A stretch of DNA of 64,000 nt, from NCBI RefSeq assembly GCF_037042905.1, contig NC_087251.1, positions 29,018,001 through 29,082,000 of the forward strand, read 5' to 3'. The stretch comes from Lytechinus pictus. Lineage: Eukaryota. Every line of letters starts with the position of its first letter. The first letter of the stretch is position 1. Positions 53,471-64,000 of the stretch are shown here, piece after piece. Under the pieces are notes generated by a model. The model searched no databases. It saw nothing but the letters and a program-made list of their open reading frames with translations, and had not been told where the DNA came from. The translations under genes and the position numbers were made by a program.

Positions 53471-54544
53471 CGGAAAAAGTGAACTCTAAATTGGAAGGCT
53501 CGAATTGTTACATTTTATTTTATCTTGTTTTTGGCGCCTCAAGTGAAAAATTAGACAAAATCGATAAACAAAGGGAAGGGAAATACAAAAAAAAAAAAAT
53601 TATGTAATCAACTTCCTGATTGCTGCAATTCACTATATGAGTGAGTTTAGGGACACCTCATTGCTTTGTCCCCGGATAATATCAACTGTGCCTATATGGC
53701 GGTTTACTGGACCGTACCTTTATACATGTTTCTTGCTATCTCGGTGGCCATGTGACGTGACGGGGTGTTCCATTGTTATTAATCGGTGAATAAACTCATC
53801 ACGTTGTCCATGTATTACCCGTTGCCAAGTCAGGGCAGTTTTTATAATAATCATTTGATCGTCCAGACATTTATTGACAATAGTAGCAAATCTATTGGAC
53901 ATTGTGAAATTTTCCCTTTCTTACATCCACCAGCTTTTGCTGAATCAACCTGTATGCAGCCATCATGTGTATAGGCCCTATGCAACCATGCATTATGTGA
54001 TTATACCAGCACGCATGCATTATATCCATTATGGCACCACCCTTTGGTTGTACATGACATTATGTGCTAATTTATCATCCTTTTCACGAACCATCCTTAT
54101 GTTTTCAGAGGTCATGAACTAATTTTGAGAAACTTGTGTTTAATTTCTAGCTTTTAGAATTTAATTTTTATTTTGAATACCAACACAAGTGATCGATCAA
54201 GAAAATAAAAGACAGAAATTTTACGAGATATTCAACAATTGACATCTCATTAGAAATTAACAAATTAAAATTATTCTTTGATTCTGTATTGACTCTGACC
54301 TCTGAGACACTTCGTGATGTCGATGACCAATTATATCAATATATATATAAATGTACATTTTTATTCGATAGGATCGAAACCTTTATTTAGTATCTTTATT
54401 ATTTCAGTGCCACTGATACTTTGTGTTTAAAAGGTTCCTTCGCATACAAATCATGGCTGAGACACTCAGAAATAAGAGTGTTCATTACATTTCGATTATG
54501 AATATTCATTATCAGGTTCAGGTTGTAGGATTTCAATTCTACAA

Positions 54545-54700
54545 TCATCACCTCCATCATCATTGTCATCATTGTCATCTTTTTCATCATCATCATCATC
54601 ATCATAATCACCAACAGCAAATTCGATTTCACATTCATCCTTTATTAGTTTTTTTAAACTTCATCCTCTCTTCATCTCATCACCATTACTACCACCATCT
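54545..54700 (+). repeat. (CAT)n-rich low-complexity tract upstream of ORF2
   Basis: CATCATCAT runs; they give the His-rich and Met-rich pseudo-ORFs. Confidence 0.8.
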
Positions 54701-54795
54701 TGCTGTTATGACACAGAAAATTTACACACAAATCACATATCATAACAATAATCTTAAGTTTTTGGTAATATCAAATTATCCTCCTGAGTAATGAC

Positions 54796-57732
54796 ATGGA
54801 CATTTTTTCTATTTTCAATACAAACAATATATCATCTGATAATAACTATTACTCAACCGAAGATTTTACTTCTAGATTTAGAGACATGGAACATAAATTC
54901 AGTTTGCTTCATATTAATGCTCGTAGTTTGAACAAAAATTTTGAGTCATTGGAATCATTACTTTTCACTTTAAACAATTTCAAATTTTCCATTATTGGTG
55001 TCACGGAAACATGGCTTCACAACACTTCACCTAACATATTCAGTTTGGAAAACTATAATCTCATTAGGCGTGACCGGGAAGATCAAAGAGGAGGAGGTGT
55101 AGCATTTTACATCAGTGAACATTTACAATTCAAAGTAAGGAAAGAAATATCATTAAAACAGAGTGAAACTTTATTCATAGAAATCACGAAGCCAAAAAGC
55201 AAAAATATAATTATTGGATTGATTTACAGACCTCCTCATGATAAAGTAAATTTATTTTGTGAAGACCTTGAAACGTGCCTTCATACTATTAGAAAAGAAG
55301 AAAAACAAATATATTTAATGGGTGATTTTAACATCAACCTGTTATCCCAAAATAATGAACATGATTTATTCCTACACACAATGCATTCATTTGGCTATTA
55401 TCCCCATATAGATAAACCGACCAGAATTGATAGCCATTCATCAACACTTATCGACAACATTTTTTCAAATATATTAAACAGAGATATTACCAGCGGATTG
55501 TTAATATCTGATATATCGGATCATTTGCCGGTTTTTTCATTTTGCGATAATGATATTCCAAAAGAAAATATACTCAAATCGACAATGTATAGAAAAGAAT
55601 CTCAAAATAACATTGAATCGTTTAAAAGGGATCTTGCTATTGAAGAATGGTTGGATGTATTTAATGAGTTTAATTCAAACATTGCATACACAAATTTTAA
55701 CAATAAATTGCAAACATTTTACGAGAAAAATTTTCCTCTGATACCACTGGTCAAAAGAAAGAAGGCAAAAATGCCATGGATTTCTAAAGCAATTTTAAGA
55801 TCCATACGTACCCGAAATAAACTTTACAAGGCATTTTTAAAGAACCCTTCTATTCAAAACAAAAATAAATACAAAACTTATAGAAATAGACTAACCAATA
55901 CAATTCGAGCTTCTCGCAAATTATTTTATTCCGAAAAGCTTTACAAAGTCAAATCAAACATGAAAGCAACATGGGAGATTATAAATGATTTGATTGGCAA
56001 GAAACCCAAAATATTACCCAAAGATAATTTCACAGCTCATGATGTTGCGATAAATTCAGAAGATGTAGCTGATACCTTTAATTCCTTTTTTGTTAACTTA
56101 GGACCCTCATTGGCAAACAAACTTGACAGAACTGATGAAAATTTTGGAAAATTTCTTCCCACACCCATTAACACTTCTTTATTCTTTAACCCAACAAATG
56201 TTCAGGAATTAATTGAAATAACAAAAAATCTCAAATCAAGCAAATCACAGGGAATTGATAGAATTAGTACTTTCCTTCTTAAGCAGATCATACACTATAT
56301 TGCCTCTCCTTTGTGTCATATTTTTAATCTGTCGATTAGCACCGGAATATGTCCTGATTCCCTAAAAATTGCAAAGGTAAATCCTGTTTTAAAAAAAGAC
56401 AATCCGCATGAAATAACAAATTACAGGCCTATTTCTATTCTTCCCAGCATTTCCAAAATATTAGAGAAGATTATTTACAATAGACTTTATAAGTTTCTAG
56501 ATACTTTTCATTTTCTAAATTCTAACCAATATGGATTCAGGAAAGGACATTCGACTGATCAGGCGTTAATACAAATATACGATAAAATTACAAATGCAAT
56601 GGCAAAAAAAGAACATATCATAGGCGTATTCATGGACTTAAGCAAAGCCTTTGACACTCTTGACCACCAGATATTACTTAAAAAACTTGAAAATTGTGGA
56701 ATTCGCGGAATTACACTATCTTGGTTTAAGAGTTATTTGTCCAATAGAAAACAATATGTAATTCACAATAATATTCCTTCTGATTTTCAGTTAATACAAT
56801 GCGGAGTTCCACAAGGATCAATCCTAGGCCCCTTGCTTTTTTTAATATATATCAATGATTTGACTTCTGTAACACCTTTATTATCATATGTATTATTTGC
56901 AGATGACACCAACATTTTTTGTTCACATAATAGCTTAGAAACTTTAGTAGATATAATTAACCGTGAATTACCAAAACTATCTTTGTGGTTTAAGTGTAAT
57001 AAGCTTTCACTCAATATAGATAAAACAAACTTTATATATTTCAAGCATACACACTCACATGATAACGAATTTCCTTACAATATAAACATAGACAATACTC
57101 CTCTCAAAAGGAAAAGAGAAACAAAGTTCTTAGGTGTCACAATAGATGAAAATTTAAATTGGAATGAACATGTACGTTGTATAACTACTAGTATTTCTAG
57201 AAACGTTGGTATACTTTACAAAATGAAAAACATTATTCCACATACAACTCTTGTCATACTCTACAATTCATTAATATTGCCTTATATATCATATTGCAAC
57301 ATAGTTTGGGCAACATGTGCAAAAACTAAAATTAATACAATATACTTATTACAGAAAAAAGCAATTCGAATCTGTACTGATTCCCAATATTTATCACACA
57401 CAAATCCATTATTCCATAAACTAAAGACTCTAACAGTATTTGACATAAATACTCTTCAAAGTTTACTACTTATGTTTAAGTACGTACATAACATGCTCCC
57501 ACCTTCATTCCACAGTTTTTATACTCTGAATACATCTATTCATTCTTACCCTACCCGTAACTCTTCAAATTTCCATTTAATCAACCCTAAATTGCTTATT
57601 GCGCAGAGATCCATAAGACACCATGGTCCAGATTTGTGGAACTCTCTACCAGAGCCTGTAAAACAATCTTCGTCTCTTCACTCATTTAAGGCAAACGTTA
57701 AATCTATGTTATTATCAGAATATTTGAAGTAA
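54796..57732 (+). CDS. LINE ORF2: apurinic-like endonuclease + reverse transcriptase, 978 aa, uninterrupted
   Basis: APE motifs HINARSL, GVTETW, GGGVAFY, IYRPP, GDFN, IDNIFSN, SDH. RT motifs YRPISIL, QYGF, DLSKAFD, GVPQGSILGP, FADD, KFLGV. The C-terminus (HSYPTR...GPDLWNSLP) lacks a CCHC knuckle, as in CR1/L2-group elements. Confidence 0.97.
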   Translation: MDIFSIFNTNNISSDNNYYSTEDFTSRFRDMEHKFSLLHINARSLNKNFESLESLLFTLNNFKFSIIGVTETWLHNTSPNIFSLENYNLIRRDREDQRGGGVAFYISEHLQFKVRKEISLKQSETLFIEITKPKSKNIIIGLIYRPPHDKVNLFCEDLETCLHTIRKEEKQIYLMGDFNINLLSQNNEHDLFLHTMHSFGYYPHIDKPTRIDSHSSTLIDNIFSNILNRDITSGLLISDISDHLPVFSFCDNDIPKENILKSTMYRKESQNNIESFKRDLAIEEWLDVFNEFNSNIAYTNFNNKLQTFYEKNFPLIPLVKRKKAKMPWISKAILRSIRTRNKLYKAFLKNPSIQNKNKYKTYRNRLTNTIRASRKLFYSEKLYKVKSNMKATWEIINDLIGKKPKILPKDNFTAHDVAINSEDVADTFNSFFVNLGPSLANKLDRTDENFGKFLPTPINTSLFFNPTNVQELIEITKNLKSSKSQGIDRISTFLLKQIIHYIASPLCHIFNLSISTGICPDSLKIAKVNPVLKKDNPHEITNYRPISILPSISKILEKIIYNRLYKFLDTFHFLNSNQYGFRKGHSTDQALIQIYDKITNAMAKKEHIIGVFMDLSKAFDTLDHQILLKKLENCGIRGITLSWFKSYLSNRKQYVIHNNIPSDFQLIQCGVPQGSILGPLLFLIYINDLTSVTPLLSYVLFADDTNIFCSHNSLETLVDIINRELPKLSLWFKCNKLSLNIDKTNFIYFKHTHSHDNEFPYNINIDNTPLKRKRETKFLGVTIDENLNWNEHVRCITTSISRNVGILYKMKNIIPHTTLVILYNSLILPYISYCNIVWATCAKTKINTIYLLQKKAIRICTDSQYLSHTNPLFHKLKTLTVFDINTLQSLLLMFKYVHNMLPPSFHSFYTLNTSIHSYPTRNSSNFHLINPKLLIAQRSIRHHGPDLWNSLPEPVKQSSSLHSFKANVKSMLLSEYLK

Positions 57733-57977
57733 AATTTCTGTGTCATATCCTTTTTATCGTGAATTTATTCCTCCTTCGATTTAGTCATTACCAATATCTT
57801 CATCATGACCACCATCATCTCCATGGCCTTCATCATCATCATCATCATCATATCACCGTCACCCTCAGCTGTATCATCTTCATACTTTAATATTGCATGA
57901 ATTCATGTTTCGTATTTGAAAATGTATGCCCATTCTGCTTTATAAATGTATTAATTAATTCAATTAGTATAAGTTAG

Positions 57978-58020
57978 GGATTGTCATTTTTTTCAAGCAA
58001 TCTGCTTATGATGACAATCC
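57978..58020 (+). other. 3' UTR stem-loop of the LINE
   Basis: GGATTGTCAT (57978-57987) pairs with ATGACAATCC (58011-58020) around an inner AAGCA-ATC-TGCTT hairpin. Confidence 0.7.
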
Positions 58021-58201
58021 TTCTCCTGCAAATTGTGAATATCATATAGTTAATCATTTTTGTCTGAAATTATCTTTTTGATACTCTTTATTTATGATTC
58101 ATGCCAAAAATGCTAGCATATTATGTTTATTATGTTATGAAAAATGTATTATACGAATGTTATGGATGCAGAAGAAAACAATAAATCAAATCAAATCAAA
58201 T

Positions 58202-61200
58202 CAAACCAGCCGTCTTCGCTCCGAGGGGTCTTCTGGCATCCGAATGGGTCAATATACAAAGAATAAAGAAGATCGATTTCGAAAAGATTTTCGGGTCTCT
58301 CGCCCCACCCGCGACCTGGCCAAATTGTCAGAAATTGAGCAAAATAATTTTTTTTCCAAAAAAGCCCCCCTAAACACCCCCAAACCAGCCGTCTTCGCTC
58401 CGAGGGGTCTTCTGGCATCCGAATGGGTCAATATACAAAGAATAAAGAAGATCGATTTCGAAAAGATTTTCGGGTCTCTCGCCCCACCCGCGACCTGGCC
58501 AAATTGTCAGAAATTGAGCAAAATAATTTTTTTCCAAAAAAGCCCCCCTAAACCCCCCCAAACCAGCCGTCTTCGCTCCGAGGGGTCTTTTGGCATCCGA
58601 ATGGGTCAATATACAAAGAATAAAGAAGATCGATTTCGAAAAGATTTTCGGGTCTCTCGCCCCATCCGCGACCTGGCCAAATTGTCAGAAATTGAGCAAA
58701 ATAATTTTTTTTCCAAAAAAGCCCCCCTAAACACCCCCAAACCAGCCGTCTTCGCTCCGAGGGGTCTTCTGGCATCCGAATGGGTCAATATACAAAGAAT
58801 AAAGAAGATCGATTTCGAAAAGATTTTCGGGTCTCTCGCACTTCCCGCGACCTGGTCAAATTGTCAGAAATTGAGCAAAATAATTTTTTTCCAAAAAGGC
58901 CCCCCTAAACCCCCCCAAACCAGCCGTCTTCGCTCCGAGGGGTCTTCTGGCATCCGAATGGGTCAATATACAAAGAATAAAGAAGATCGATTTCGAAAAG
59001 ATTTTCGGGTCTCTCGCCCCACCCGCGACCTGGCCAAATTGTCAGAAATTGAGCAAAATAATTTTTTTTCCAAAAAAGCCCCCCTAAACACCCCCAAACC
59101 AGCCGTCTTCGCTCCGAGGGGTCTTCTGGCATCCGAATGGGTCAATATACAAAGAATAAAGAAGATCGATTTCAAAAAGATTTTCGGGTCTCTCGCCCCA
59201 TACGCGACCTGGCCAAATTGTCAGAAATTGAGCAAAATAATTTTTTTCCAAAAAAGCCCCCCTAAACCCCCCCAAACCAGCCGTCTTCGCTCCGAGGGGT
59301 CTTCTGGCATCCGAATGGGTCAATATACAAAGAATAAAGAAGATCGATTTCGAAAAGATTTTCGGGTCTCTCGCCCCATCCGCGACCTGGCCAAATTGTC
59401 AGAAATTGAGCAAAATAATTTTTTTCCAAAAAAGCCCCCCTAAACCCCCCCAAACCAGCCGTCTTCGCTCCGAGGGGTCTTCTGGCATCCGAATGGGTCA
59501 ATATACAAAGAATAAAGAAGATCGATTTCAAAAAGATTTTCGGGTCTCTCGCCCCATCCGCGACCTGGCCAAATTGTCAAAAATTGAGCAAAATAATTTT
59601 TTTTCCAAAAAAGCCCCCCTAAACACCCCCAAACCAGCCGTCTTCGCTCCGAGGGGTCTTCTGGCATCCGAATGGGTCAATATACAAAGAATAAAGAAGA
59701 TCGATTTCAAAAAGATTTTCGGGTCTCTCGCCCCACCCGCAACCTGGCCAAATTGTCAGAAATTGGGCAAAATAATTTTTTTCCAAAAAAGCCCCCCTAA
59801 ACCCCCCCAAACCAGCCGTCTTCGCTCCGAGGGGTCTTCTGGCATCCGAATGGGTCAATATACAAAGAATAAAGAAGATCGATTTCAAAAAGATTTTCGG
59901 GTCTCTCGCCCCTCCCGCGACCTGGCCAAATTGTCAGAAATTGAGCAAAATAATTTTTTTCCAAAAAAGCCCCCCTAAACCCCCCCCAAACCAGCCGTCT
60001 TCGCTCCGAGGGGTCTTCTGGCATCCGAATGGGTCAATATACAAAGAATAAAGAAGATCGATTTCGAAAAGATTTTCGGGTCTCTCGCACTTCCCGCGAC
60101 CTGGTCAAATTGTCAGAAATTGAGCAAAATAATTTTTTTCCAAAAAAGCCCCCCTAAACCCCCCCAAACCAGCCGTCTTCGCTCCGAGGGGTCTTCTGGC
60201 ATCCGAATGGGTCAATATACAAAGAATAAAGAAGATCGATTTCGAAAAGATTTTCGGGTCTCTCGCCCCATCCGCGACCTGGCCAAATTGTCAAAAATTG
60301 AGCAAAATAATTTTTTTTCCAAAAAAGCCCCCCTAAACACCCCCAAACCAGCCGTCTTCGCTCCGAGGGGTCTTCTGGCATCCGAATGGGTCAATATACA
60401 AAGAATAAAGAAGATCGATTTCAAAAAGATTTTCGGGTCTCTCGCCCCACCCGCGACCTGGCCAAATTGTCAGAAATTGGGCAAAATAATTTTTTTCCAA
60501 AAAAGCCCCCCTAAACCCCCCCAAACCAGCCGTCTTCGCTCCGAGGGGTCTTCTGGCATCCGAATGGGTCAATATACAAAGAATAAAGAAGATCGATTTC
60601 AAAAAGATTTTCGGGTCTCTCGCCCCTCCCGCGACCTGGCCAAATTGTCATAAATTGAGCAAAATAATTTTTTTCCAAAAAAGCCCCCCTAAACACCCCC
60701 AAACCAGCCGTCTTCGCTCCGAGGGGTCTTCTGGCATCCGAATGGGTCAATATACAAAGAATAAAGAAGATCGATTTCAAAAAGATTTTCGGGTCTCTCG
60801 CCCCACCCGCGACCTGGCCAAATTGTCAGAAATTGGGCAAAATAATTTTTTTCCAAAAAAGCCCCCCTAAACCCCCCCAAACCAGCCGTCTTCGCTCCGA
60901 GGGGTCTTCTGGCATCCGAATGGGTCAATATACAAAGAATAAAGAAGATCGATTTCAAAAAGATTTTCGGGTCTCTCGCCCCTCCCGCGACCTGGCCAAA
61001 TTGTCAGAAATTGAGCAAAATAATTTTTTTCCAAAAAAGCCCCCCTAAACCCCCCCCAAACCAGCCGTCTTCGCTCCGAGGGGTCTTCTGGCATCCGAAT
61101 GGGTCAATATACAAAGAATAAAGAAGATCGATTTCGAAAAGATTTTCGGGTCTCTCGCACTTCCCGCGACCTGGTCAAATTGTCAGAAATTGAGCAAAAT

Positions 61201-64000
61201 AATTTTTTTCCAAAAAAGCCCCCCTAAACCCCCCCAAACCAGCCGTCTTCGCTCCGAGGGGTCTTCTGGCATCCGAATGGGTCAATATACAAAGAATAAA
61301 GAAGATCGATTTCGAAAAGATTTTCGGGTCTCTCGCCCCATCCGCGACCTGGCCAAATTGTCAAAAATTGAGCAAAATAATTTTTTTCTCCAAAAAAGCC
61401 CCCCTAAACACCCCCAAACCAGCCGTCTTCGCTCCGAGGGGTCTTCTGGCATCCGAATGGGTCAATATACAAAGAATAAAGAAGATCGATTTCAAAAAGA
61501 TTTTCGGGTCTCTCGCCCCACCCGCGACCTGGCCAAATTGTCAGAAATTGGGCAAAATAATTTTTTTCCAAAAAAGCCCCCCTAAACCCCCCCAAACCAG
61601 CCGTCTTCGCTCCGAGGGGTCTTCTGGCATCCGAATGGGTCAATATACAAAGAATAAAGAAGATCGATTTCAAAAAGATTTTCGGGTCTCTCGCCCCTCC
61701 CGCGACCTGGCCAAATTGTCAGAAATTGAGCAAAATAATTTTTCTCCAAAAAAGCCCCCCTAAACACCCCCAAACCAGCCGTCTTCGCTCCGAGGGGTCT
61801 TCTGGCATCCGAATGGGTCAATATACAAAGAATAAAGAAGATCGATTTCGAAAAGATTTTCGGGTCTCTCGCCCCACCCGCGACCTGGCCAAATTGTCAG
61901 AAATTGAGCAAAATAATTTTTTTTCCAAAAAAGCCCCCCTAAACACCCCCAAACCAGCCGTCTTCGCTCCGAGGGGTCTTCTGGCATCCGAATGGGTCAA
62001 TATACAAAGAATAAAGAAGATCGATTTCAAAAAGATTTTCGGGTCTCTCGCCCCACCCGCGACCTGGCCAAATTGTCAGAAATTGGGCAAAATAATTTTT
62101 TTCCAAAAAAGCCCCCCTAAACCCCCCCAAACCAGCCGTCTTCGCTCCGAGGGGTCTTCTGGCATCCGAATGGGTCAATATACAAAGAATAAAGAAGATC
62201 GATTTCAAAAAGATTTTCGGGTCTCTCGCCCCTCCCGCGACCTGGCCAAATTGTCAGAAATTGAGCAAAATAATTTTTTTCCAAAAAAGCCCCCCTAAAC
62301 CCCCCCCAAACCAGCCGTCTTCGCTCCGAGGGGTCTTCTGGCATCCGAATGGGTCAATATACAAAGAATAAAGAAGATCGATTTCGAAAAGATTTTCGGG
62401 TCTCTCGCACTTCCCGCGACCTGGTCAAATTGTCAGAAATTGAGCAAAATAATTTTTTTCCAAAAAAGCCCCCCTAAACCCCCCCAAACCAGCCGTCTTC
62501 GCTCCGAGGGGTCTTCTGGCATCCGAATGGGTCAATATACAAAGAATAAAGAAGATCGATTTCGAAAAGATTTTCGGGTCTCTCGCCCCATCCGCGACCT
62601 GGCCAAATTGTCAAAAATTGAGCAAAATAATTTTTTTTCCAAAAAAGCCCCCCTAAACACCCCCAAACCAGCCGTCTTCGCTCCGAGGGGTCTTCTGGCA
62701 TCCGAATGGGTCAATATACAAAGAATAAAGAAGATCGATTTCAAAAAGATTTTCGGGTCTCTCGCCCCACCCGCGACCTGGCCAAATTGTCAGAAATTGG
62801 GCAAAATAATTTTTTTCCAAAAAAGCCCCCCTAAACCCCCCCAAACCAGCCGTCTTCGCTCCGAGGGGTCTTCTGGCATCCGAATGGGTCAATATACAAA
62901 GAATAAAGAAGATCGATTTCAAAAAGATTTTCGGGTCTCTCGCCCCTCCCGCGACCTGGCCAAATTGTCATAAATTGAGCAAAATAATTTTTTTCCAAAA
63001 AAGCCCCCCTAAACACCCCCAAACCAGCCGTCTTCGCTCCGAGGGGTCTTCTGGCATCCGAATGGGTCAATATACAAAGAATAAAGAAGATCGATTTCAA
63101 AAAGATTTTCGGGTCTCTCGCCCCACCCGCGACCTGGCCAAATTGTCAGAAATTGGGCAAAATAATTTTTTTCCAAAAAAGCCCCCCTAAACCCCCCCAA
63201 ACCAGCCGTCTTCGCTCCGAGGGGTCTTCTGGCATCCGAATGGGTCAATATACAAAGAATAAAGAAGATCGATTTCAAAAAGATTTTCGGGTCTCTCGCC
63301 CCATCCGCGACCTGGCCAAATTGTCAGAAATTGAGCAAAATAATTTTTTTCCAAAAAAGCCCCCCTAAACCCCCCCCAAACCAGCCGTCTTCGCTCCGAG
63401 GGGTCTTCTGGCATCCGAATGGGTCAATATACAAAGAATAAAGAAGATCGATTTCGAAAAGATTTTCGGGTCTCTCGCACTTCCCGCGACCTGGTCAAAT
63501 TGTCAGAAATTGAGCAAAATAATTTTTTTCCAAAAAAGCCCCCCTAAACCCCCCCAAACCAGCCGTCTTCGCTCCGAGGGGTCTTCTGGCATCCGAATGG
63601 GTCAATATACAAAGAATAAAGAAGATCGATTTCGAAAAGATTTTCGGGTCTCTCGCCCCATCCGCGACCTGGCCAAATTGTCAAAAATTGAGCAAAATAA
63701 TTTTTTTTCCAAAAAAGCCCCCCTAAACACCCCCAAACCAGCCGTCTTCGCTCCGAGGGGTCTTCTGGCATCCGAATGGGTCAATATACAAAGAATAAAG
63801 AAGATCGATTTCAAAAAGATTTTCGGGTCTCTCGCCCCACCCGCGACCTGGCCAAATTGTCAGAAATTGGGCAAAATAATTTTTTTCCAAAAAAGCCCCC
63901 CTAAACCCCCCCAAACCAGCCGTCTTCGCTCCGAGGGGTCTTCTGGCATCCGAATGGGTCAATATACAAAGAATAAAGAAGATCGATTTCAAAAAGATTT
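58202..64000 (+). repeat. Satellite array B continued (~32 copies; runs off the window end)
   Basis: Same 178-bp monomer and same variant series as 33372-50362. Confidence 0.98.

Larger units (their letters stand above)
50363..58201 (+). mobile_element. Apparently full-length non-LTR retrotransposon (CR1/L2 group), ~7.84 kb, inserted in satellite B
   Basis: The satellite stops at ...CCCCAAAC (50362) and resumes at CAAACCAGCCG (58202). The insert contains ORF1, APE-RT ORF2, AATAAA and a (TCAAA)4 tail. Probable TSD is CAAAC, overlapping the tail. Confidence 0.93.

Noticed and set aside
54399..54791. His-rich 122-aa and Met-rich 79-aa ORFs upstream of ORF2
   Set aside because: Explained by the CAT microsatellite; no domain signal, and the plus ORF starts at a non-ATG codon.
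33381..63992. Many overlapping ORFs in satellite B (including 572 aa at 48526 and 449 aa at 58094)
   Set aside because: They are translations of 178-bp repeats with homopolymer-driven frame switching and have no recognisable domain.
1..64000. CRISPR array interpretation of the regular repeats
   Set aside because: Monomers repeat in full with no unique spacers, there are no cas genes, and the context is eukaryotic.

Overview
Eukaryotic (animal, probably invertebrate deuterostome-like; inference) heterochromatic window. It holds a ~186-bp satellite array (1-23235, ~125 monomers) and a related ~178-bp satellite array (33372-64000). A ~10-kb non-satellite island separates them and contains three things: one exon of an HTD2/MaoC-like hydroxyacyl-thioester dehydratase (minus strand), a 180-bp MITE, and a 5.5-kb near-perfect palindrome (27806-33317). 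The palindrome has TATGG...CCATA ends, a 6-bp target-site duplication, minisatellite-filled outer arms and a small CACT-ended inverted-repeat element at its axis. The 178-bp array is interrupted, in exact register, by an apparently full-length and intact 7.8-kb CR1/L2-group LINE with ORF1, an unusual 3.4-kb internally repetitive spacer, APE-RT ORF2, a 3' stem-loop and a (TCAAA)n tail. Nearly all other ORFs in the track are translations of satellite DNA. Coordinates were read by eye and may be off by a few bases.
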